The notes: a model not told the origin generated them from the sequence alone. A DNA stretch of 64,000 bases from Bdellovibrio sp. (GCA_036676395.1 JAKFCY010000002.1:864001-928000), one strand, 5' to 3'; shown: positions 37,893 through 49,975, counted from the stretch's first letter. Numbers and translations are program-made.

Positions 37893-38642
37893 ATGAATGT
37901 AGAATTAGCAGCTGAAATTCGATTCCGTTGTCCTCACTGTCAAAAGTTATTTTGCACAGATCAGACAGCCTTTGAAGGCTTGACAGCTCACGCCCATGGC
38001 GCTGACTTTCAATGCACAGACTGCCAAAAAGATTTCATTTTAAGCCGTGAAGTTTTAAGCTCTGGTCTTTACGAAACCTCAGAACTTCGTAAAACTCAAT
38101 TTGCAAATTGCCCGAAGTGTTCAGGGCTAAAACCCATAGGCCAAGATGAATGCCCAAATTGCGGTGTGCTTGAATCAAAGTTCACTGAAATCCAAAAAGT
38201 TGAAAACCCACGTTTGTTTCAACTGAACAAAGCTTGGCAAGTTATTCTGAAAGACATTACTTCAGATCAGTCGCACCAGTACTTTTTAGATCAGGCCCAA
38301 AAACAATCAGCACTTAATTTTGCAGCCCAAAAATACACTGATCTTAAAAAAATCATGGGTGAAGATCCCTTGATCGAAAAGTATTTAAAACAAATTGAAC
38401 ACCGCTTAGATGCGCATGTTAAATCACAGTTCAACCAATCACGTGGTGAAAACCCCGAAGCGCAGCAGTCATTACTTGCAAGTGGCCGCTTGTTTATCTT
38501 TGTCGCTTTGTTTGGAACTTTTATTTTGATTCTCAATAAGATTAAGCCACTATTTCCGAATTTGACGGGCTTGGTAGTGGCTGTGACAGTTCTATCTTAC
38601 GGGCTGTGGTTTTTAACTCGTCCCACAGTCAAAAAGAATTAA
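37893..38642 (+). CDS. Zinc-ribbon membrane protein
   Basis: Four CxxC motifs, two C-terminal TM helices. Confidence 0.7.
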   Translation: MNVELAAEIRFRCPHCQKLFCTDQTAFEGLTAHAHGADFQCTDCQKDFILSREVLSSGLYETSELRKTQFANCPKCSGLKPIGQDECPNCGVLESKFTEIQKVENPRLFQLNKAWQVILKDITSDQSHQYFLDQAQKQSALNFAAQKYTDLKKIMGEDPLIEKYLKQIEHRLDAHVKSQFNQSRGENPEAQQSLLASGRLFIFVALFGTFILILNKIKPLFPNLTGLVVAVTVLSYGLWFLTRPTVKKN

Positions 38643-38652
38643 TTGCGAACGG

Positions 38653-40065
38653 CTAGTTTTCGTTAGTTTCGGTTTTTGTACCTAAACGTTCAGGTGCTTT
38701 GATGATAGCTTTCTTAGCTGGCTTTTGCCCCATGGCTTTTAAGATATCATTACCAAAAGCAGCCATTTGATCGACTTGCTTGCGATTACCCACATTTGGA
38801 TCAACGCCTGCGGCTTTACCCGAAGAAAAAAAGCTGCGATCCATAGTATCTAAAAATTTAGTTCCGGCAAATCCAGTGCTTTTTTCTAAAATCGTTAACG
38901 ACTTAAATAAATTTAACTGGCGAGCCGTACGCGTCTTATTAGCTAAGGATAGCGAAGAATCGCCTGTAGCTAAGATAAATCTTTTTACATCATCGGCTTG
39001 GCCGTAAAGTTCTTTATCGGCGATAACTAAAACGGCCGCACCGGTCACAAAGGCCGTGGCTTGTGAAGTACCAGTCATTAAACCGTAAGAGTTATTCGGT
39101 AAGCATGATAAAATCGTTTGCCCCGGTGCTGCGATATCCACAGTCTCTGTGCCATAATTTGAAGAGGATAAAACTTCGGTTGTTGGATCAATCGCCGTGA
39201 CTGAAATAATATTTTTTAATTTGTAATCAGCCGGGTAGTAGTGATGTTCATCAGAATTTGAACGTTCATTGCCGGCAGCAGCGACAAACAGAATTCCTTG
39301 TTTTTCAGCGGCAGCCACAGCGTCGTGTTCTTCCTGAGAAAACTCAGTGCCACCACCTGAATAATTGATGACATGCGCACCCATTTTAACAGCGTAGTTG
39401 ATCGATTGAATTGTATTTTTTAAATTGTCTGTATTTGGAACTTTCGGATCGTAATATTTTAAAATCATTAAACTTACATCGGGTGAAATGCCGCTAATAC
39501 CTTTACGGTTTCCAGCTTCTGCGCCGATGATGCCGGCAATATGAGTGCCGTGCCCATGGTTATCATCAAGTTTTGCATTCTGTGATACAAAGTTCCAACC
39601 ATAAATGTCATCGGCAAAACCATTGCCATCATCATCAATCCCATTTGAGGCTTTATTGCGGCCTTTGGCATCAAGACCAGTTTCGCCTGGGTTTTTCCAA
39701 AGATTATTTTTTAAGTCTTCATGATGAATATCAATGCCGGTATCAATGACCGCCACGATCACTTTTTTGCTGCCTCGGGTGATTGACCACGCGCGGGCAG
39801 CATCAGATTTTTTTAAACCCCAAGCTTGTTTAATCGCCGGATCATTGAATAAAGCAGAAGGCTCGTTTGGAACTGTCGTTGACGAGTCGACAACGGTTCC
39901 AAGTTCTAATGTTCTATTATCAACTTTTTTAATTTTTGCTTTTTGTGATTGCGCTGTACGTTCAGGAGACAGGTCACGATTTTTCTTGTATAACAAGAAT
40001 CCGCCCATTGAAAAACAGAACACAGCAAAAGTACCAATAACAGCATTTAGAAGTTTATTATTCAT
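38653..40065 (-). CDS. Subtilisin-like (S8) serine protease, N-terminally anchored
   Basis: VIDTG, HGTH, AAGN, GTSQA; sigma28-like -10 at 40073-40080. Confidence 0.92.
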   Translation of the reverse strand: MNNKLLNAVIGTFAVFCFSMGGFLLYKKNRDLSPERTAQSQKAKIKKVDNRTLELGTVVDSSTTVPNEPSALFNDPAIKQAWGLKKSDAARAWSITRGSKKVIVAVIDTGIDIHHEDLKNNLWKNPGETGLDAKGRNKASNGIDDDGNGFADDIYGWNFVSQNAKLDDNHGHGTHIAGIIGAEAGNRKGISGISPDVSLMILKYYDPKVPNTDNLKNTIQSINYAVKMGAHVINYSGGGTEFSQEEHDAVAAAEKQGILFVAAAGNERSNSDEHHYYPADYKLKNIISVTAIDPTTEVLSSSNYGTETVDIAAPGQTILSCLPNNSYGLMTGTSQATAFVTGAAVLVIADKELYGQADDVKRFILATGDSSLSLANKTRTARQLNLFKSLTILEKSTGFAGTKFLDTMDRSFFSSGKAAGVDPNVGNRKQVDQMAAFGNDILKAMGQKPAKKAIIKAPERLGTKTETNEN

Positions 40066-40114
40066 AATGTGTTTATCGGTACTTTAAGACGCAAATCTTA
40101 AGACTTAAGATGGC

Positions 40115-41962
40115 TTATTTTGATACAGTTGGGGCATTCATCACAAGATCAGTATTCTTGATAAAATTCTCTGGAAAACCAAATTCTTTACTTGGGTTCT
40201 CTAGACGATCATAAAAAAGAAGATTACGGGCGATGATTTTTACATAAAGTCTAGTTTCGTCATAAGGAATCTCTTCGATGAAATCAACAATATCGAATTT
40301 AGGGCGAAAACGGGTTTTTAACCAACGCGATACAGCCCCGGGTCCAGCATTGTACGCGGCAGCGACAAGGGCGTATTGGTCTTTTTGCTTTTTAACTTGC
40401 GCCGATAATTCATAACTGCCGATTTTAATATTGATTTGCGGATTAAATAAATCTTCAGCTTTTTTATATTCGACTTTGTGTTTGCGGGCTAATTGTTTGG
40501 CTAATGGTGGAATCACCTGCATCAGGCCATAAGCATTGGCGGGGCTGCGTGAATTCATATTAAACGCAGACTCTTGGCGCATGATCGAAAATATTAAACT
40601 TGAAGGCAAGCCTGTTACCGAGGCCATTTCTTTAACTTCAGTTTGGTATAATCTTGGAAACAAAAGATCATATTTTTGCACTAGAATATCTTGTTTTTGT
40701 TCGATTGGAAGTTTAGAAAATGCGATGAATAAGGGTAAAAAACGTTGCCCGCGGTGAGCCAACTCTAATCCCAGTACAGTTAATTGTTCTGGGTTGTCAG
40801 TTAACGCTAAAGTCGTGCGCTCGGCTAAATCAACTTCGTCATGCTGTAATAATGCATTAAATAAATCTTTTTGTTTTGGTGTTAGAAAAGATAACGATTT
40901 ATCAAAATTAAATTTTTCAGTGGCCTTTAGTGAATTAAAAGCCGGAACTTTTTGTCCGAGTTCATCGTAAGCTAAAAGCGAATAATAACTGTAAAAGTCT
41001 TCTTGGGTCATTTGTGTCCAGATTTTCACAGCATCATCTTTTTTATCGATACGAACAAGGCTGCGCGCCAGAAAAAAATTAGCGCGTGATTTTTCAGCCA
41101 CATCCATTGTTTCAGTGACTAAAACTTTAAATGCTTCAGAAGCTTGTGCCCACTGTTCGTCTTTGTAAAGAACCCAAGCTTTTGTCCACAATAGTTTTTC
41201 ACGGGTTAGAAGTGCATTTTTCGAAGGCCCTTTTTTGAGGTCTTCTAAAACACTATCATAAAGGGCTAATGCATCTTTAAATTTTTCTTCATCTTCTTTA
41301 ACTTTGCCAAGCAAATATGAAATGTCAGATAGATTTTGCTGTTCGATTTTTTTAAAGGCTGTGATAGTTGCATTTAATAGGCTATCAGCTTTTTTAAATT
41401 CGTTATCTGAATAATAAATGCGGCCTAAATTCACCGAAGCTTCTAAATACAGGTCTTGATGTTTAATGTTTTTAGAATCTTTTTTAAATGTTTTTAAAGA
41501 TAGAACGTGAAAATCTTTAAGAACCTTAAGGGCGTCAGTCTTTTTGTTATTGTTGCGGTATTTAATGCGCAACTGTTTTAACAAAGCCATTTTTTCGATG
41601 GGCTTTTTTTCTTTGCTGATTTGTTTACGTAAACTAGCAATAGATTCGGTTTCAGCCATGGCCACCTGAGCCGTAGCTGAAACAGGTGTTGGCAATAATA
41701 AAATATTAGCTTCAGCTATTTCTTGGATAAAGATTCGCCGTTCAAAATCAGTTACAGATTTCATATCATAATTAAAGCCGGGGCATTTTTTAATACCGCG
41801 AATTCCGGCTAAAGAACTTAAGGCAAAGTTTTTGTCTTGTGAAGCTTTAGTCAGTTGTTCGCAAGACATGTCTTTAATTTTTGTATAGCCCAAAAGCTGC
41901 GCATGAGAGCAGGCAAAAAAGAAGGGTATTACAAAACAGAACTTTTTTAAAATTGAAATCAT
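40115..41962 (-). CDS. Soluble lytic murein transglycosylase (Slt-like, TPR plus SLT domain)
   Basis: IMRQES, GLMQV, AAYNAG, EIPYDETRLYV. Confidence 0.9.
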   Translation of the reverse strand: MISILKKFCFVIPFFFACSHAQLLGYTKIKDMSCEQLTKASQDKNFALSSLAGIRGIKKCPGFNYDMKSVTDFERRIFIQEIAEANILLLPTPVSATAQVAMAETESIASLRKQISKEKKPIEKMALLKQLRIKYRNNNKKTDALKVLKDFHVLSLKTFKKDSKNIKHQDLYLEASVNLGRIYYSDNEFKKADSLLNATITAFKKIEQQNLSDISYLLGKVKEDEEKFKDALALYDSVLEDLKKGPSKNALLTREKLLWTKAWVLYKDEQWAQASEAFKVLVTETMDVAEKSRANFFLARSLVRIDKKDDAVKIWTQMTQEDFYSYYSLLAYDELGQKVPAFNSLKATEKFNFDKSLSFLTPKQKDLFNALLQHDEVDLAERTTLALTDNPEQLTVLGLELAHRGQRFLPLFIAFSKLPIEQKQDILVQKYDLLFPRLYQTEVKEMASVTGLPSSLIFSIMRQESAFNMNSRSPANAYGLMQVIPPLAKQLARKHKVEYKKAEDLFNPQINIKIGSYELSAQVKKQKDQYALVAAAYNAGPGAVSRWLKTRFRPKFDIVDFIEEIPYDETRLYVKIIARNLLFYDRLENPSKEFGFPENFIKNTDLVMNAPTVSK

Positions 41963-41973
41963 TGTGGTGTATC

Positions 41974-44235
41974 CTAGCTGTAATGAAATTCTAACATCTT
42001 GTTTGTTTGCGAAAAAGTAACATTAATCTTTCCGCCATTTTTTAATTTACCGAATAATAACTCATCGATGATACGGGCTTTCACCAGCTCATCAATTTTA
42101 CGGTGCAGCGGTCGAGCGCCATACACCGGGTCATAGCCAGATTCAGCAATAAAAGTAACTGCTGAATCGTCATACATAAAATCAACTTTTTTAGCTGCCA
42201 GGGTGTGTTTTAGCTCGGTTAAAAATTTATCGACGATATTTTTGATTAAATCTAATGTTAAACCGTTAAAATAAATAATTTTATCTAAACGATTAATAAA
42301 TTCTGGGGCAAAAGTTTTTTTGATGGCTTCGGCGCTGACTTGACCGGGCATACTTTTTCCTAGACCAATGCTTCCGCGGGCAACATCGGCAGCTCCTGCA
42401 TTTGAAGTCATCACTAAAATAGAATTTTTAAAATCCACAGTTCGTCCGTTACCATCTGTTAAGCGGCCGCCATCCATAATTTGTAATAAAATATTGTAAA
42501 TATCTGAATGCGCTTTTTCAATTTCATCTAATAAAATTAAAGAGTACGGCGCTTTTGAAACAGCCTCGGTAAGTTGTCCGCCTTGTTCAAAGCCCACATA
42601 TCCCGGAGGCGCCCCGACAAGGCGCGAGATCGAGTGTTTTTCCATGTACTCACTCATATCAAAGCGTTGGTAATTAACGCCAAGAATTCGCGCCAGTTGT
42701 TTACAGACTTCGGTTTTACCAACACCGGTTGGGCCTGCAAATAAAAAGCTTCCCCACGGTTTTTCTTTGGTTTCTAAACCACTTCTGGCAAATTTAATCG
42801 CCTGAGTTAAGGCCGAGATCGCATCATCTTGGCCAAAGATTAAAGATTTAAGTTTGATATCTAAATCTTTAAGCTGGCTTAAATCATCTGATGATAATTG
42901 TGTTGTCGGTACACCTGAAATTTTTGAAATGATCGCTGCTACGTCTTCAACATCGACTGTTTTTTGTTTTTTTAGCTTAGTGGTTGAACCCACTTCATCT
43001 AAGATATCAATCGCTTTATCCGGAAGTTTTGCTGAAGTTAAATATTTTACTGATAATTCAACACAGGCACGAATCGCAGCTTTTGTGTAAGTCACATCAT
43101 GAAATTTTTCATATTGAGCTTTTAGGGCTTCTAAAATCTGTACGGTATCTTCGATGGTTGGCTCTTTGATGTCGATGCGCTGAAAACGGCGATTAAGACC
43201 GCGGTCTTTTTCAAAGTGCTGGCGATACTCTTGAAAAGTTGTGGCGCCAATACAAGAAATTTCACCTTTAGAAAGGGCAGGCTTTAATAAGTTTGCCGCA
43301 TCCATTGAAGAGCCAGAGGTTGATCCAGCGCCTACGATATTATGAATTTCATCAATGAATAAAATAATATTCGGGTCGGCTTTGGCTTCTTTTAAAATAT
43401 TTTTTAAGCGGCCTTCAAAATCACCACGGTATTTTGCACCAGCTAAAAGCGAACCCACATCGACAGAATAAATGACTTTATTTAATAAAAATTCAGGAAC
43501 TTGGCCCTGGTTAATTTTTTCAGCTAAACCTTCAACGATGGCTGTCTTACCAACACCGCTGTCACCAATAATTAAAGGGTTGTTTTTTTGGCGACGACCT
43601 AAAGTTTGAATCATTTTTTCAATGATATCTTCGCGCCCTACTAAGGGATCTTTTTTGCCACTGCGTGCGTAATCATTTAGATTAATCGCAAAATCTTCTA
43701 ATGCTGTTGATTTTTTATCAGCAGCATTAGAAGCGCGCGTATCATCAGTCGTTGATTCAGTTCCTGACGGAGAGCTGGCTGATAACTCGTGGCTTACGAC
43801 CGAGATCACATCAAATTGGCTTAGACCCATTTTTTGTAAAACAAAAGCAGCTTTCGATTTTTTTTCATCAAAGACAGAAATGAAAACTGAAAGCTCATTG
43901 ATTTCAGATCTTCCAGAGTTTTGCATTTGCAAGGCCGCGCGTTCAAAAGCACGATGAACTGAAACGGTGAGTTGAGCTTTCCATTCGTTCAGATCGCCTT
44001 CTGGACTTAAAACTTTTTTCTCGTCGTCAGAAAGCGTTTCGTTTTTATTAATATGTTTTTGTAATTCTTTTTTAACTTCGGCGACATTCACATTTAGTTT
44101 ATCGCAAACTTCAATCACCTGCGGCGCTTCTAGCAGAGTAAATGTGAAATGCTCAAGCGTAACAAATTCATGCGATTTTTTGGTCGCAAGATCGATGGCT
44201 TTACCTAATCTTTTATCAAGTTCTTTAGATATCAT
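41974..44235 (-). CDS. clpA: ATP-dependent Clp protease ATP-binding subunit ClpA
   Basis: Two AAA+ modules ([16 protein letters not shown]), no M-domain, IGL loop, downstream of clpS. Confidence 0.93.
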   Translation of the reverse strand: MISKELDKRLGKAIDLATKKSHEFVTLEHFTFTLLEAPQVIEVCDKLNVNVAEVKKELQKHINKNETLSDDEKKVLSPEGDLNEWKAQLTVSVHRAFERAALQMQNSGRSEINELSVFISVFDEKKSKAAFVLQKMGLSQFDVISVVSHELSASSPSGTESTTDDTRASNAADKKSTALEDFAINLNDYARSGKKDPLVGREDIIEKMIQTLGRRQKNNPLIIGDSGVGKTAIVEGLAEKINQGQVPEFLLNKVIYSVDVGSLLAGAKYRGDFEGRLKNILKEAKADPNIILFIDEIHNIVGAGSTSGSSMDAANLLKPALSKGEISCIGATTFQEYRQHFEKDRGLNRRFQRIDIKEPTIEDTVQILEALKAQYEKFHDVTYTKAAIRACVELSVKYLTSAKLPDKAIDILDEVGSTTKLKKQKTVDVEDVAAIISKISGVPTTQLSSDDLSQLKDLDIKLKSLIFGQDDAISALTQAIKFARSGLETKEKPWGSFLFAGPTGVGKTEVCKQLARILGVNYQRFDMSEYMEKHSISRLVGAPPGYVGFEQGGQLTEAVSKAPYSLILLDEIEKAHSDIYNILLQIMDGGRLTDGNGRTVDFKNSILVMTSNAGAADVARGSIGLGKSMPGQVSAEAIKKTFAPEFINRLDKIIYFNGLTLDLIKNIVDKFLTELKHTLAAKKVDFMYDDSAVTFIAESGYDPVYGARPLHRKIDELVKARIIDELLFGKLKNGGKINVTFSQTNKMLEFHYS

Positions 44236-44246
44236 AAGTTCCGCCT

Positions 44247-44660
44247 TTACTTGTCTTCTTCAACAATACATTTTAACGGGTATTTATTGCTTTTAGCAAA
44301 CTGGTTCACTTGTAAGGCTTTGGTTTCAGCCACTTCAAAAGTATACACCCCCGCGACACCAGAACCTAGTTTATGGACGTCTAGCATGATCTTTTCTGCG
44401 CTTTTGTCGTCATGTTTAAAAAAAGTTTTTAAAACATAAACAACAAAATCCATCGGTGTGTAATCATCATTTAAAAGTAAAACTTTATAAAGACTAGGCT
44501 CTTCAGTTTCGACTTCATCCAATAAATCAATACCGGTTGCAGAATCGTTCTTGCCGCCACTATCATTTTGTCCAGATAACTGGATTTTGTAGAATGAAGA
44601 AACATGTGTTTTGCCTTTGGCAAAGTCGTTCTCAGGTTGATACGTGTTTGTTTGATACAT
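44247..44660 (-). CDS. clpS: Clp protease adaptor ClpS
   Basis: YKVLLLNDDYTPMDFVV, MLDVH, AETK, PLKC; start uncertain. Confidence 0.92.
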   Translation of the reverse strand: MYQTNTYQPENDFAKGKTHVSSFYKIQLSGQNDSGGKNDSATGIDLLDEVETEEPSLYKVLLLNDDYTPMDFVVYVLKTFFKHDDKSAEKIMLDVHKLGSGVAGVYTFEVAETKALQVNQFAKSNKYPLKCIVEEDK

Positions 44661-44793
44661 AATTATTATTCTAGTCAAGGTACGGTTAAAATCAACGAAC
44701 AAAATTCATTTCAATACTTGTCAACGCCGATGAATGTTATAATATTTAGGTGTGTGTCGTTACTTATTAAATATAAAAGGGGATAAAGTTATT

Positions 44794-45393
44794 ATGAAAA
44801 ACACTGGGACGTTAAACAATAAAGGTTTCTCGCTAGTTGAGCTTATGATCGTTGTCGCGATCATCGGTTTATTAGCCGCTGTGGGTGTACCACAGTATCA
44901 AAAATTCCAAGCACGTGCTCGCCAAGGTGAAGCTAAATCTTCATTAAGCGCATTGTATGCAGCTGAGCAAAGTTTCTACGGTGAATGGAATCAATATTCA
45001 GTAGATTTAAAAAACATTGGTTTCGGGGTAACTGGAACTGGTTTAAGATATGTTACTGGATTCTCTGGGACTGCAGCATGTGCACCTTATACTACAGCTA
45101 ACGGTGCTCCGACAGAATTAACAACTATTGAAAACCGATGGAGTGACGGTACGGCTATTTGTACGACGCAATCGCCCGCAACTTGGGGAACAGGTACTAA
45201 CTGTACAAAGTATTTCACAACTAAACCAGCTCAGCCTGCGACAACTACAGCTTGCGCAAACACTGCTGGAGCTCAGGCTTTTACAGGCGTAGCCGGTGGT
45301 AATCCAAATAATAAGTTATCAACTACAACAACTGATATTTGGAGTATTAATCAACTTAAAAAAATCGCTAACAACACGCCAGGTATTCAATAA
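44794..45393 (+). CDS. pilA: Type IVa major pilin
   Basis: Prepilin site KG|FSLVELMIVVAIIGLLAAVGVP, FQARARQGEAK. Confidence 0.85.
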   Translation: MKNTGTLNNKGFSLVELMIVVAIIGLLAAVGVPQYQKFQARARQGEAKSSLSALYAAEQSFYGEWNQYSVDLKNIGFGVTGTGLRYVTGFSGTAACAPYTTANGAPTELTTIENRWSDGTAICTTQSPATWGTGTNCTKYFTTKPAQPATTTACANTAGAQAFTGVAGGNPNNKLSTTTTDIWSINQLKKIANNTPGIQ

Positions 45394-45397
45394 GCTA

Positions 45398-46060
45398 ATG
45401 CTTAACTTAGTACTAGGTCTATCAGTTTTAATAACGTGGCTTTCGAGCCACGTTTTTTTTTCTAAAAGCTATGATCGCTTTGAAGAGCCTTATCTTGCGC
45501 CACCAAAATCAATCCAACATTTTACGGCGGGTTTTAAAATTCAAGTGGCCGATTCATTATGGATGCGTGCCGTTCAAGATTTCGATCACTGTTCAAATCG
45601 TTTAGCTGAAAATGTCTGCGAAGGTAATTCGTGGTTGTATTCAGTTTTAGATTTAGCTAGTACGCTTGATTCAAGACTAGAGCCGGTGATGTATCAAACC
45701 GGCGGATTAGCCCTTTCAATTTTAGTCGGTGATGTTGAAGGTGGGGCAAAAATACTTGAGCGTGGCAGCCGAGTTTATCCTGACAATTGGCAAATTTCTT
45801 ATGCTGCTGGTTATCATGCCTTATACGAAGAAAAAAACAAAGCCAAGGCCGCCAGATATTATTTGCGGGCTTCAGAAAAAGGCGCACCTGATTGGACACG
45901 TTTGCTTGCGGGCCGTTTAGCCAGTGAAGGCGGCGATATTGAGTATGCCGATAAGATCTTAGAAGACATGATTGCTCAAAACCAAGACGAAAAGCTCGTA
46001 AAACGCCTAAAACTTAAACTAGAAGAAGCTAAGTCAGAAAATAAGACGCTGACGAAGTAA
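45398..46060 (+). CDS. Pilin-associated membrane-anchored TPR-like protein
   Basis: ATG 4 nt after the pilin stop, N-terminal TM, helical repeats (ILERG...YPDNWQI). Confidence 0.65.
   Translation: MLNLVLGLSVLITWLSSHVFFSKSYDRFEEPYLAPPKSIQHFTAGFKIQVADSLWMRAVQDFDHCSNRLAENVCEGNSWLYSVLDLASTLDSRLEPVMYQTGGLALSILVGDVEGGAKILERGSRVYPDNWQISYAAGYHALYEEKNKAKAARYYLRASEKGAPDWTRLLAGRLASEGGDIEYADKILEDMIAQNQDEKLVKRLKLKLEEAKSENKTLTK
45433..45461 (+). terminator. Intrinsic terminator after pilA, inside the next ORF
   Basis: AACGTGGCT-TTCG-AGCCACGTT continuing into a T9 run. Confidence 0.75.
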
Positions 46061-46117
46061 AAAACTCTCTTTTCCATTCTTGACCTTTGCGATGAAGACC
46101 TCCTATTTTAGTCTGCT

Positions 46118-47248
46118 ATGTCTACAAAGCGCGATTACTATGAAATTCTGAGTGTTGAACGTAACGCTGATGGCGATACGATTAAAAAAGCTTACCGAAA
46201 GCTGGCGATGCAGTATCATCCGGATCGTAATCCCGGCGATAAAGCAGCCGAAGATAAATTTAAAGAAGCAGCCGAAGCTTACGAAGTTTTAAGTTCACCA
46301 GAAAAAAAAGAAAAGTACGATCGTTTTGGTCACCAAGCCTTTCAGCAGGGCGCTGGTGGTGGCGGTGGCTTCCATGACATGAACGATATTTTTTCGCAAT
46401 TTGGCGATGTGTTCGGTGATTTTTTCGGCGGCGGCGGAAGCCCTTTTGGCCAATCGCGCGGTGGTCAGTCGCGTCCACGCGGTCCACGTAAAGGATCAGA
46501 TCTGCGCTACATCACTGAAGTTGAATTAGCTTCGGTTTTATCTGATGGTGAAAAACAAGTTGAATTTGAAACTGAAGAGCACTGCTCTGATTGTAATGGT
46601 TCAGGCGCCGCTAAAGGGTCGCAAGCTGTAACTTGCAAAGTGTGTAAAGGCCAAGGCCAAGTGATTCGTCAACAGGGCTTTTTTACCATGGCGACAACTT
46701 GCTCAGCGTGCGAAGGCACGGGCGAAACGATCGAAAATCCATGCAAAACTTGTCATGGCAAAGGCCGCGCAAAAGTAAAACGTAAAATTAAAGTAAACCT
46801 TCCAGCCGGTGTTGATAACGGCACACGCCTTCGTATTCAAGGCGAAGGTGAAGGCGGCTACAAAGGTGGCCCTGCCGGAGATTTATTTGTCGAAATCAGA
46901 GTGAAAGATCACGATGTGTATGAGCGCGAAGGTGATCATTTATTTGCTGATCTTGATATTGCCTTTGAGCAATTTATGTTAGGCGGCGAAATTAAAGTCG
47001 ATGGCCTGGATGGCGAAATCGAAGTTGATGTGCCACGCGGTGCTCAACCTGGCGATAAAATCAAAATCTCAGGACGAGGCGTTCCGTCTTTACGAGGCTC
47101 ACGCCGAGGCGATTTGCTCTTCACATTACACCCAGAATTCCCTAAAAAAGTGACTCCTGAAGAGGAGGCTTTGCTGAGACAGTTAGCAGAGCTGCGTAAG
47201 ATCAAGGTCGGTAACGAGAAAAAGGGCTTTTTTGGACGTAAAAAATAG
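46118..47248 (+). CDS. dnaJ: Chaperone DnaJ
   Basis: HPD J-domain, G/F-rich linker, four CxxCxGxG. Confidence 0.97.
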   Translation: MSTKRDYYEILSVERNADGDTIKKAYRKLAMQYHPDRNPGDKAAEDKFKEAAEAYEVLSSPEKKEKYDRFGHQAFQQGAGGGGGFHDMNDIFSQFGDVFGDFFGGGGSPFGQSRGGQSRPRGPRKGSDLRYITEVELASVLSDGEKQVEFETEEHCSDCNGSGAAKGSQAVTCKVCKGQGQVIRQQGFFTMATTCSACEGTGETIENPCKTCHGKGRAKVKRKIKVNLPAGVDNGTRLRIQGEGEGGYKGGPAGDLFVEIRVKDHDVYEREGDHLFADLDIAFEQFMLGGEIKVDGLDGEIEVDVPRGAQPGDKIKISGRGVPSLRGSRRGDLLFTLHPEFPKKVTPEEEALLRQLAELRKIKVGNEKKGFFGRKK

Positions 47249-47270
47249 CCAAAAAGTAGGGTTTCGAGAC

Positions 47271-47299
47271 CTTGACGAGGTCAGAATGCGACCCACATT
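47271..47299 (+). promoter_or_regulatory. Possible heat-shock (sigma32-like) promoter of dnaK
   Basis: CTTGAC-N15-CCCACATT; dnaJ has a similar CTTGAC...CTCCTATT at 46079-46107. Confidence 0.45.
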
Positions 47300-47369
47300 A
47301 ATAGTAATTAAAAATAAGAATTTATATAATTAAAGATTAAGTAAAAAGAATAATTGGAGATAAAAGAAC

Positions 47370-49292
47370 ATGGGAAAAATTATCGGTATTGACTTAGGAA
47401 CTACAAATTCATGCGTAGCTATTATGGAGGGCGGAGAGCCTAAAGTATTAGTTAACGAAGAAGGCGCACGCACAACCCCTTCAGTTGTAGCTTTCACTAA
47501 AGATGGCGATCGTTTAGTTGGTCAAATTGCTAAACGCCAAGCTGTAACAAATCCAGAAAACACAATCTTTTCTGCGAAACGTTTTATCGGTCGCAGATAT
47601 GAAGAAGTTCAAAGTGAATTAAAATTAATTCCGTACACTGTTGAATCAAAAAATAACGGTGCAGATACGGCCTTTAAAATTCAAGGTGGCAAATCAGCTT
47701 CACCAGAAGAAATCGGCGCAGCCGTTTTAGGTAAATTAAAAAAAGTTGCTGAAGATTATTTAGGTGCTGAAGTTACGGATGCAGTTATTACTGTTCCTGC
47801 GTATTTTAACGATGCGCAAAGACAAGCAACTAAAGATGCAGGCCGTATTGCTGGCTTAAATGTTCGTCGTATTATCAACGAACCAACAGCAGCAGCATTA
47901 GCTTACGGTTTAGATAAAAAGAAAGATCAAAAAATTGTAATCTACGATTTCGGTGGTGGTACATTTGATATCTCTATTTTAGAAGTTGGTGACGGCGTTG
48001 TTGAAGTTAAATCAACAAACGGTGACACTCACTTAGGTGGTGATAACTTTGACGTGATCATCTTAGAATGGTTAATCACTGAATTCAAAAAAGACCAAGG
48101 TATCGATCTTAAGAATGATAAAATGGCTTTACAACGTCTTAAAGAGGCAGCTGAAAAAGCTAAGATCGAATTATCTTCGGCGCAAGAATCAGACATTAAT
48201 TTACCGTTCATCACGGCAGATCAATCTGGCCCTAAACATTTACAAATTAAATTAACACGTTCTAAATTCGATCAAATGACTGAAGATTTAGTGAAACGCT
48301 CTATCGAGCCATGCAAAAAAGCTTTAGCTGATGCGGGCATTTCGACAGCACAAATCGACGAAGTGGTTTTAGTGGGTGGTTCGACGCGTATTCCTTCTAT
48401 CCAAAAAGCTGTGAAAGACTTTTTCGGTAAAGAACCAAATAGAACTGTGAACCCAGATGAAGTTGTAGCTTTAGGGGCTGCGGTTCAAGGTGGGGTATTA
48501 GCGGGTGATGTTAAAGACGTTTTATTATTAGACGTAACGCCGTTATCACTTGGTATTGAAACTATGGGTGGCGTAATGACGACTCTTATCGAGCGTAATA
48601 CGACAATTCCATCGAAAAAATCTCAGGTGTTCTCAACTGCTGCAGATAATCAACCAGGCGTTGATATTCACGTGTTACAAGGCGAACGTAAAATGGCTAC
48701 TGATAATAAATCTTTAGGCCGCTTCGAGTTGTCTGGAATTGCTCCAGCTCCTCGTGGTATGCCGCAAATCGAAGTGGTTTTTGATATCGATGCGAATGGT
48801 ATCTTACATGTATCTGCATTAGATAAAGCGACGAACAAATCGCAACAAATCAAAATCACGGCGCAATCTGGTTTATCTGAAGATGAAATTAAAAAAGCAG
48901 TTAAAGAAGCTGAAATGCAAGCCGACTCTGATAAAGAAAAAGCGGAAGCAGCTCAGACACGTAATAATTTAGATAACTTGATTTACCAAACTGAAAAGTT
49001 GGTCACTGAAAACGCAGAAAAACTTGGCGCGGATGCAGAACCTGTGAAAACAGCAGTAGCAGATGCTAAAAAAGTTTTTGAAAATAAAGCAGCAACTACG
49101 GCTGAATTAAAAGCGGCGTTTGAAGCCTTACAAACTTCATCACACAAAGTGACTGAGGCTTTATATAAAGCTGGCGGCGCACAAGGTGGTGGTGATGGTT
49201 CTGGCGGCGGTAACGGCGCTGGTGGCGCACCTAAAGACGAGAAAAAAGAAGGCGACGATGTCATCGACGCTGACTTTAAAGACGTTAACTAA
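47370..49292 (+). CDS. dnaK: Chaperone DnaK (Hsp70)
   Basis: [26 protein letters not shown]-terminal DADF. Confidence 0.98.
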   Translation: MGKIIGIDLGTTNSCVAIMEGGEPKVLVNEEGARTTPSVVAFTKDGDRLVGQIAKRQAVTNPENTIFSAKRFIGRRYEEVQSELKLIPYTVESKNNGADTAFKIQGGKSASPEEIGAAVLGKLKKVAEDYLGAEVTDAVITVPAYFNDAQRQATKDAGRIAGLNVRRIINEPTAAALAYGLDKKKDQKIVIYDFGGGTFDISILEVGDGVVEVKSTNGDTHLGGDNFDVIILEWLITEFKKDQGIDLKNDKMALQRLKEAAEKAKIELSSAQESDINLPFITADQSGPKHLQIKLTRSKFDQMTEDLVKRSIEPCKKALADAGISTAQIDEVVLVGGSTRIPSIQKAVKDFFGKEPNRTVNPDEVVALGAAVQGGVLAGDVKDVLLLDVTPLSLGIETMGGVMTTLIERNTTIPSKKSQVFSTAADNQPGVDIHVLQGERKMATDNKSLGRFELSGIAPAPRGMPQIEVVFDIDANGILHVSALDKATNKSQQIKITAQSGLSEDEIKKAVKEAEMQADSDKEKAEAAQTRNNLDNLIYQTEKLVTENAEKLGADAEPVKTAVADAKKVFENKAATTAELKAAFEALQTSSHKVTEALYKAGGAQGGGDGSGGGNGAGGAPKDEKKEGDDVIDADFKDVN

Positions 49293-49315
49293 TTCGTTTT
49301 AGTGTAAAATTAGCT

Positions 49316-49345
49316 AAAAGGCCGATCAATAGATCGGCTTTTTTT
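49316..49345 (+). terminator. Intrinsic terminator of dnaK
   Basis: GCCGATC-AATA-GATCGGC followed by T7. Confidence 0.85.
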
Positions 49346-49411
49346 ATGCAAAATGGACTATCGAAAAGGTTTCATATTGCCAATTTCAGGGTCATTGGCC
49401 ATACTTTGGAT

Positions 49412-49975
49412 ATGAAAAAAATCACTGCTGAAAACTTCACTTTTACCGCTTTATTAGTCATCGCTGCTGGTTCTCGTTTAATCCAACATAGTTGGAACTT
49501 CACCGCTGTTATGGCTTGTGCTTACGTTTTTGCAATCCTTTTTCAAGGTTCAAAAACCAAAGCTATCTTGCTTCCAGTATTAGCAATGCTTGTGTCAGAT
49601 TTTTTTATCGGTTTAAATTCGCCAAAGTTTTTTCACTCAGCGATGGCGTTTGTTTATTTAGGAATTGGCCTTGCTTTAGTGCCGTTTTTCTTAAATCGTA
49701 AAGTAACAGACAAATCATTAGTTCGTATCGCGGCTATTCTTGGTGGTAGTTCGATCTTTTTCTTAGTTTCAAATTTTGGTGTTTGGGTGATGGATGGCAT
49801 GTACCCAATGACAACGGCTGGCTTAATTCAGTGTTACACAATGGCGATCCCATTTTTTCAAAACCAAATCGCTGCAGATATTATCTTAACTCCGCTTTTA
49901 TTGTTCGCGGCTAAACGCGTGTTAGCTCTTGATTTTTTTCAGGTCGAAGTCGGCCAAAGCAATAAGCGAGCGTAA
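49412..49975 (+). CDS. Multi-pass membrane protein, DUF6580/BtuM-like putative vitamin transporter
   Basis: RLIQHSWNFT, MLVSD, FFLVSNFGVW, YP...GL..CY.MAIPFF. Confidence 0.65.
   Translation: MKKITAENFTFTALLVIAAGSRLIQHSWNFTAVMACAYVFAILFQGSKTKAILLPVLAMLVSDFFIGLNSPKFFHSAMAFVYLGIGLALVPFFLNRKVTDKSLVRIAAILGGSSIFFLVSNFGVWVMDGMYPMTTAGLIQCYTMAIPFFQNQIAADIILTPLLLFAAKRVLALDFFQVEVGQSNKRA

Noticed and set aside
45296..45397. N-terminal extension of the pilin-adjacent ORF
   Set aside because: Overlaps pilA by about 100 nt; ATG 45398 gives a clean N-terminal TM
46061..47369. CIRCE element for dnaJ/dnaK
   Set aside because: No TTAGCACTC-N9-GAGTGCTAA in either upstream region
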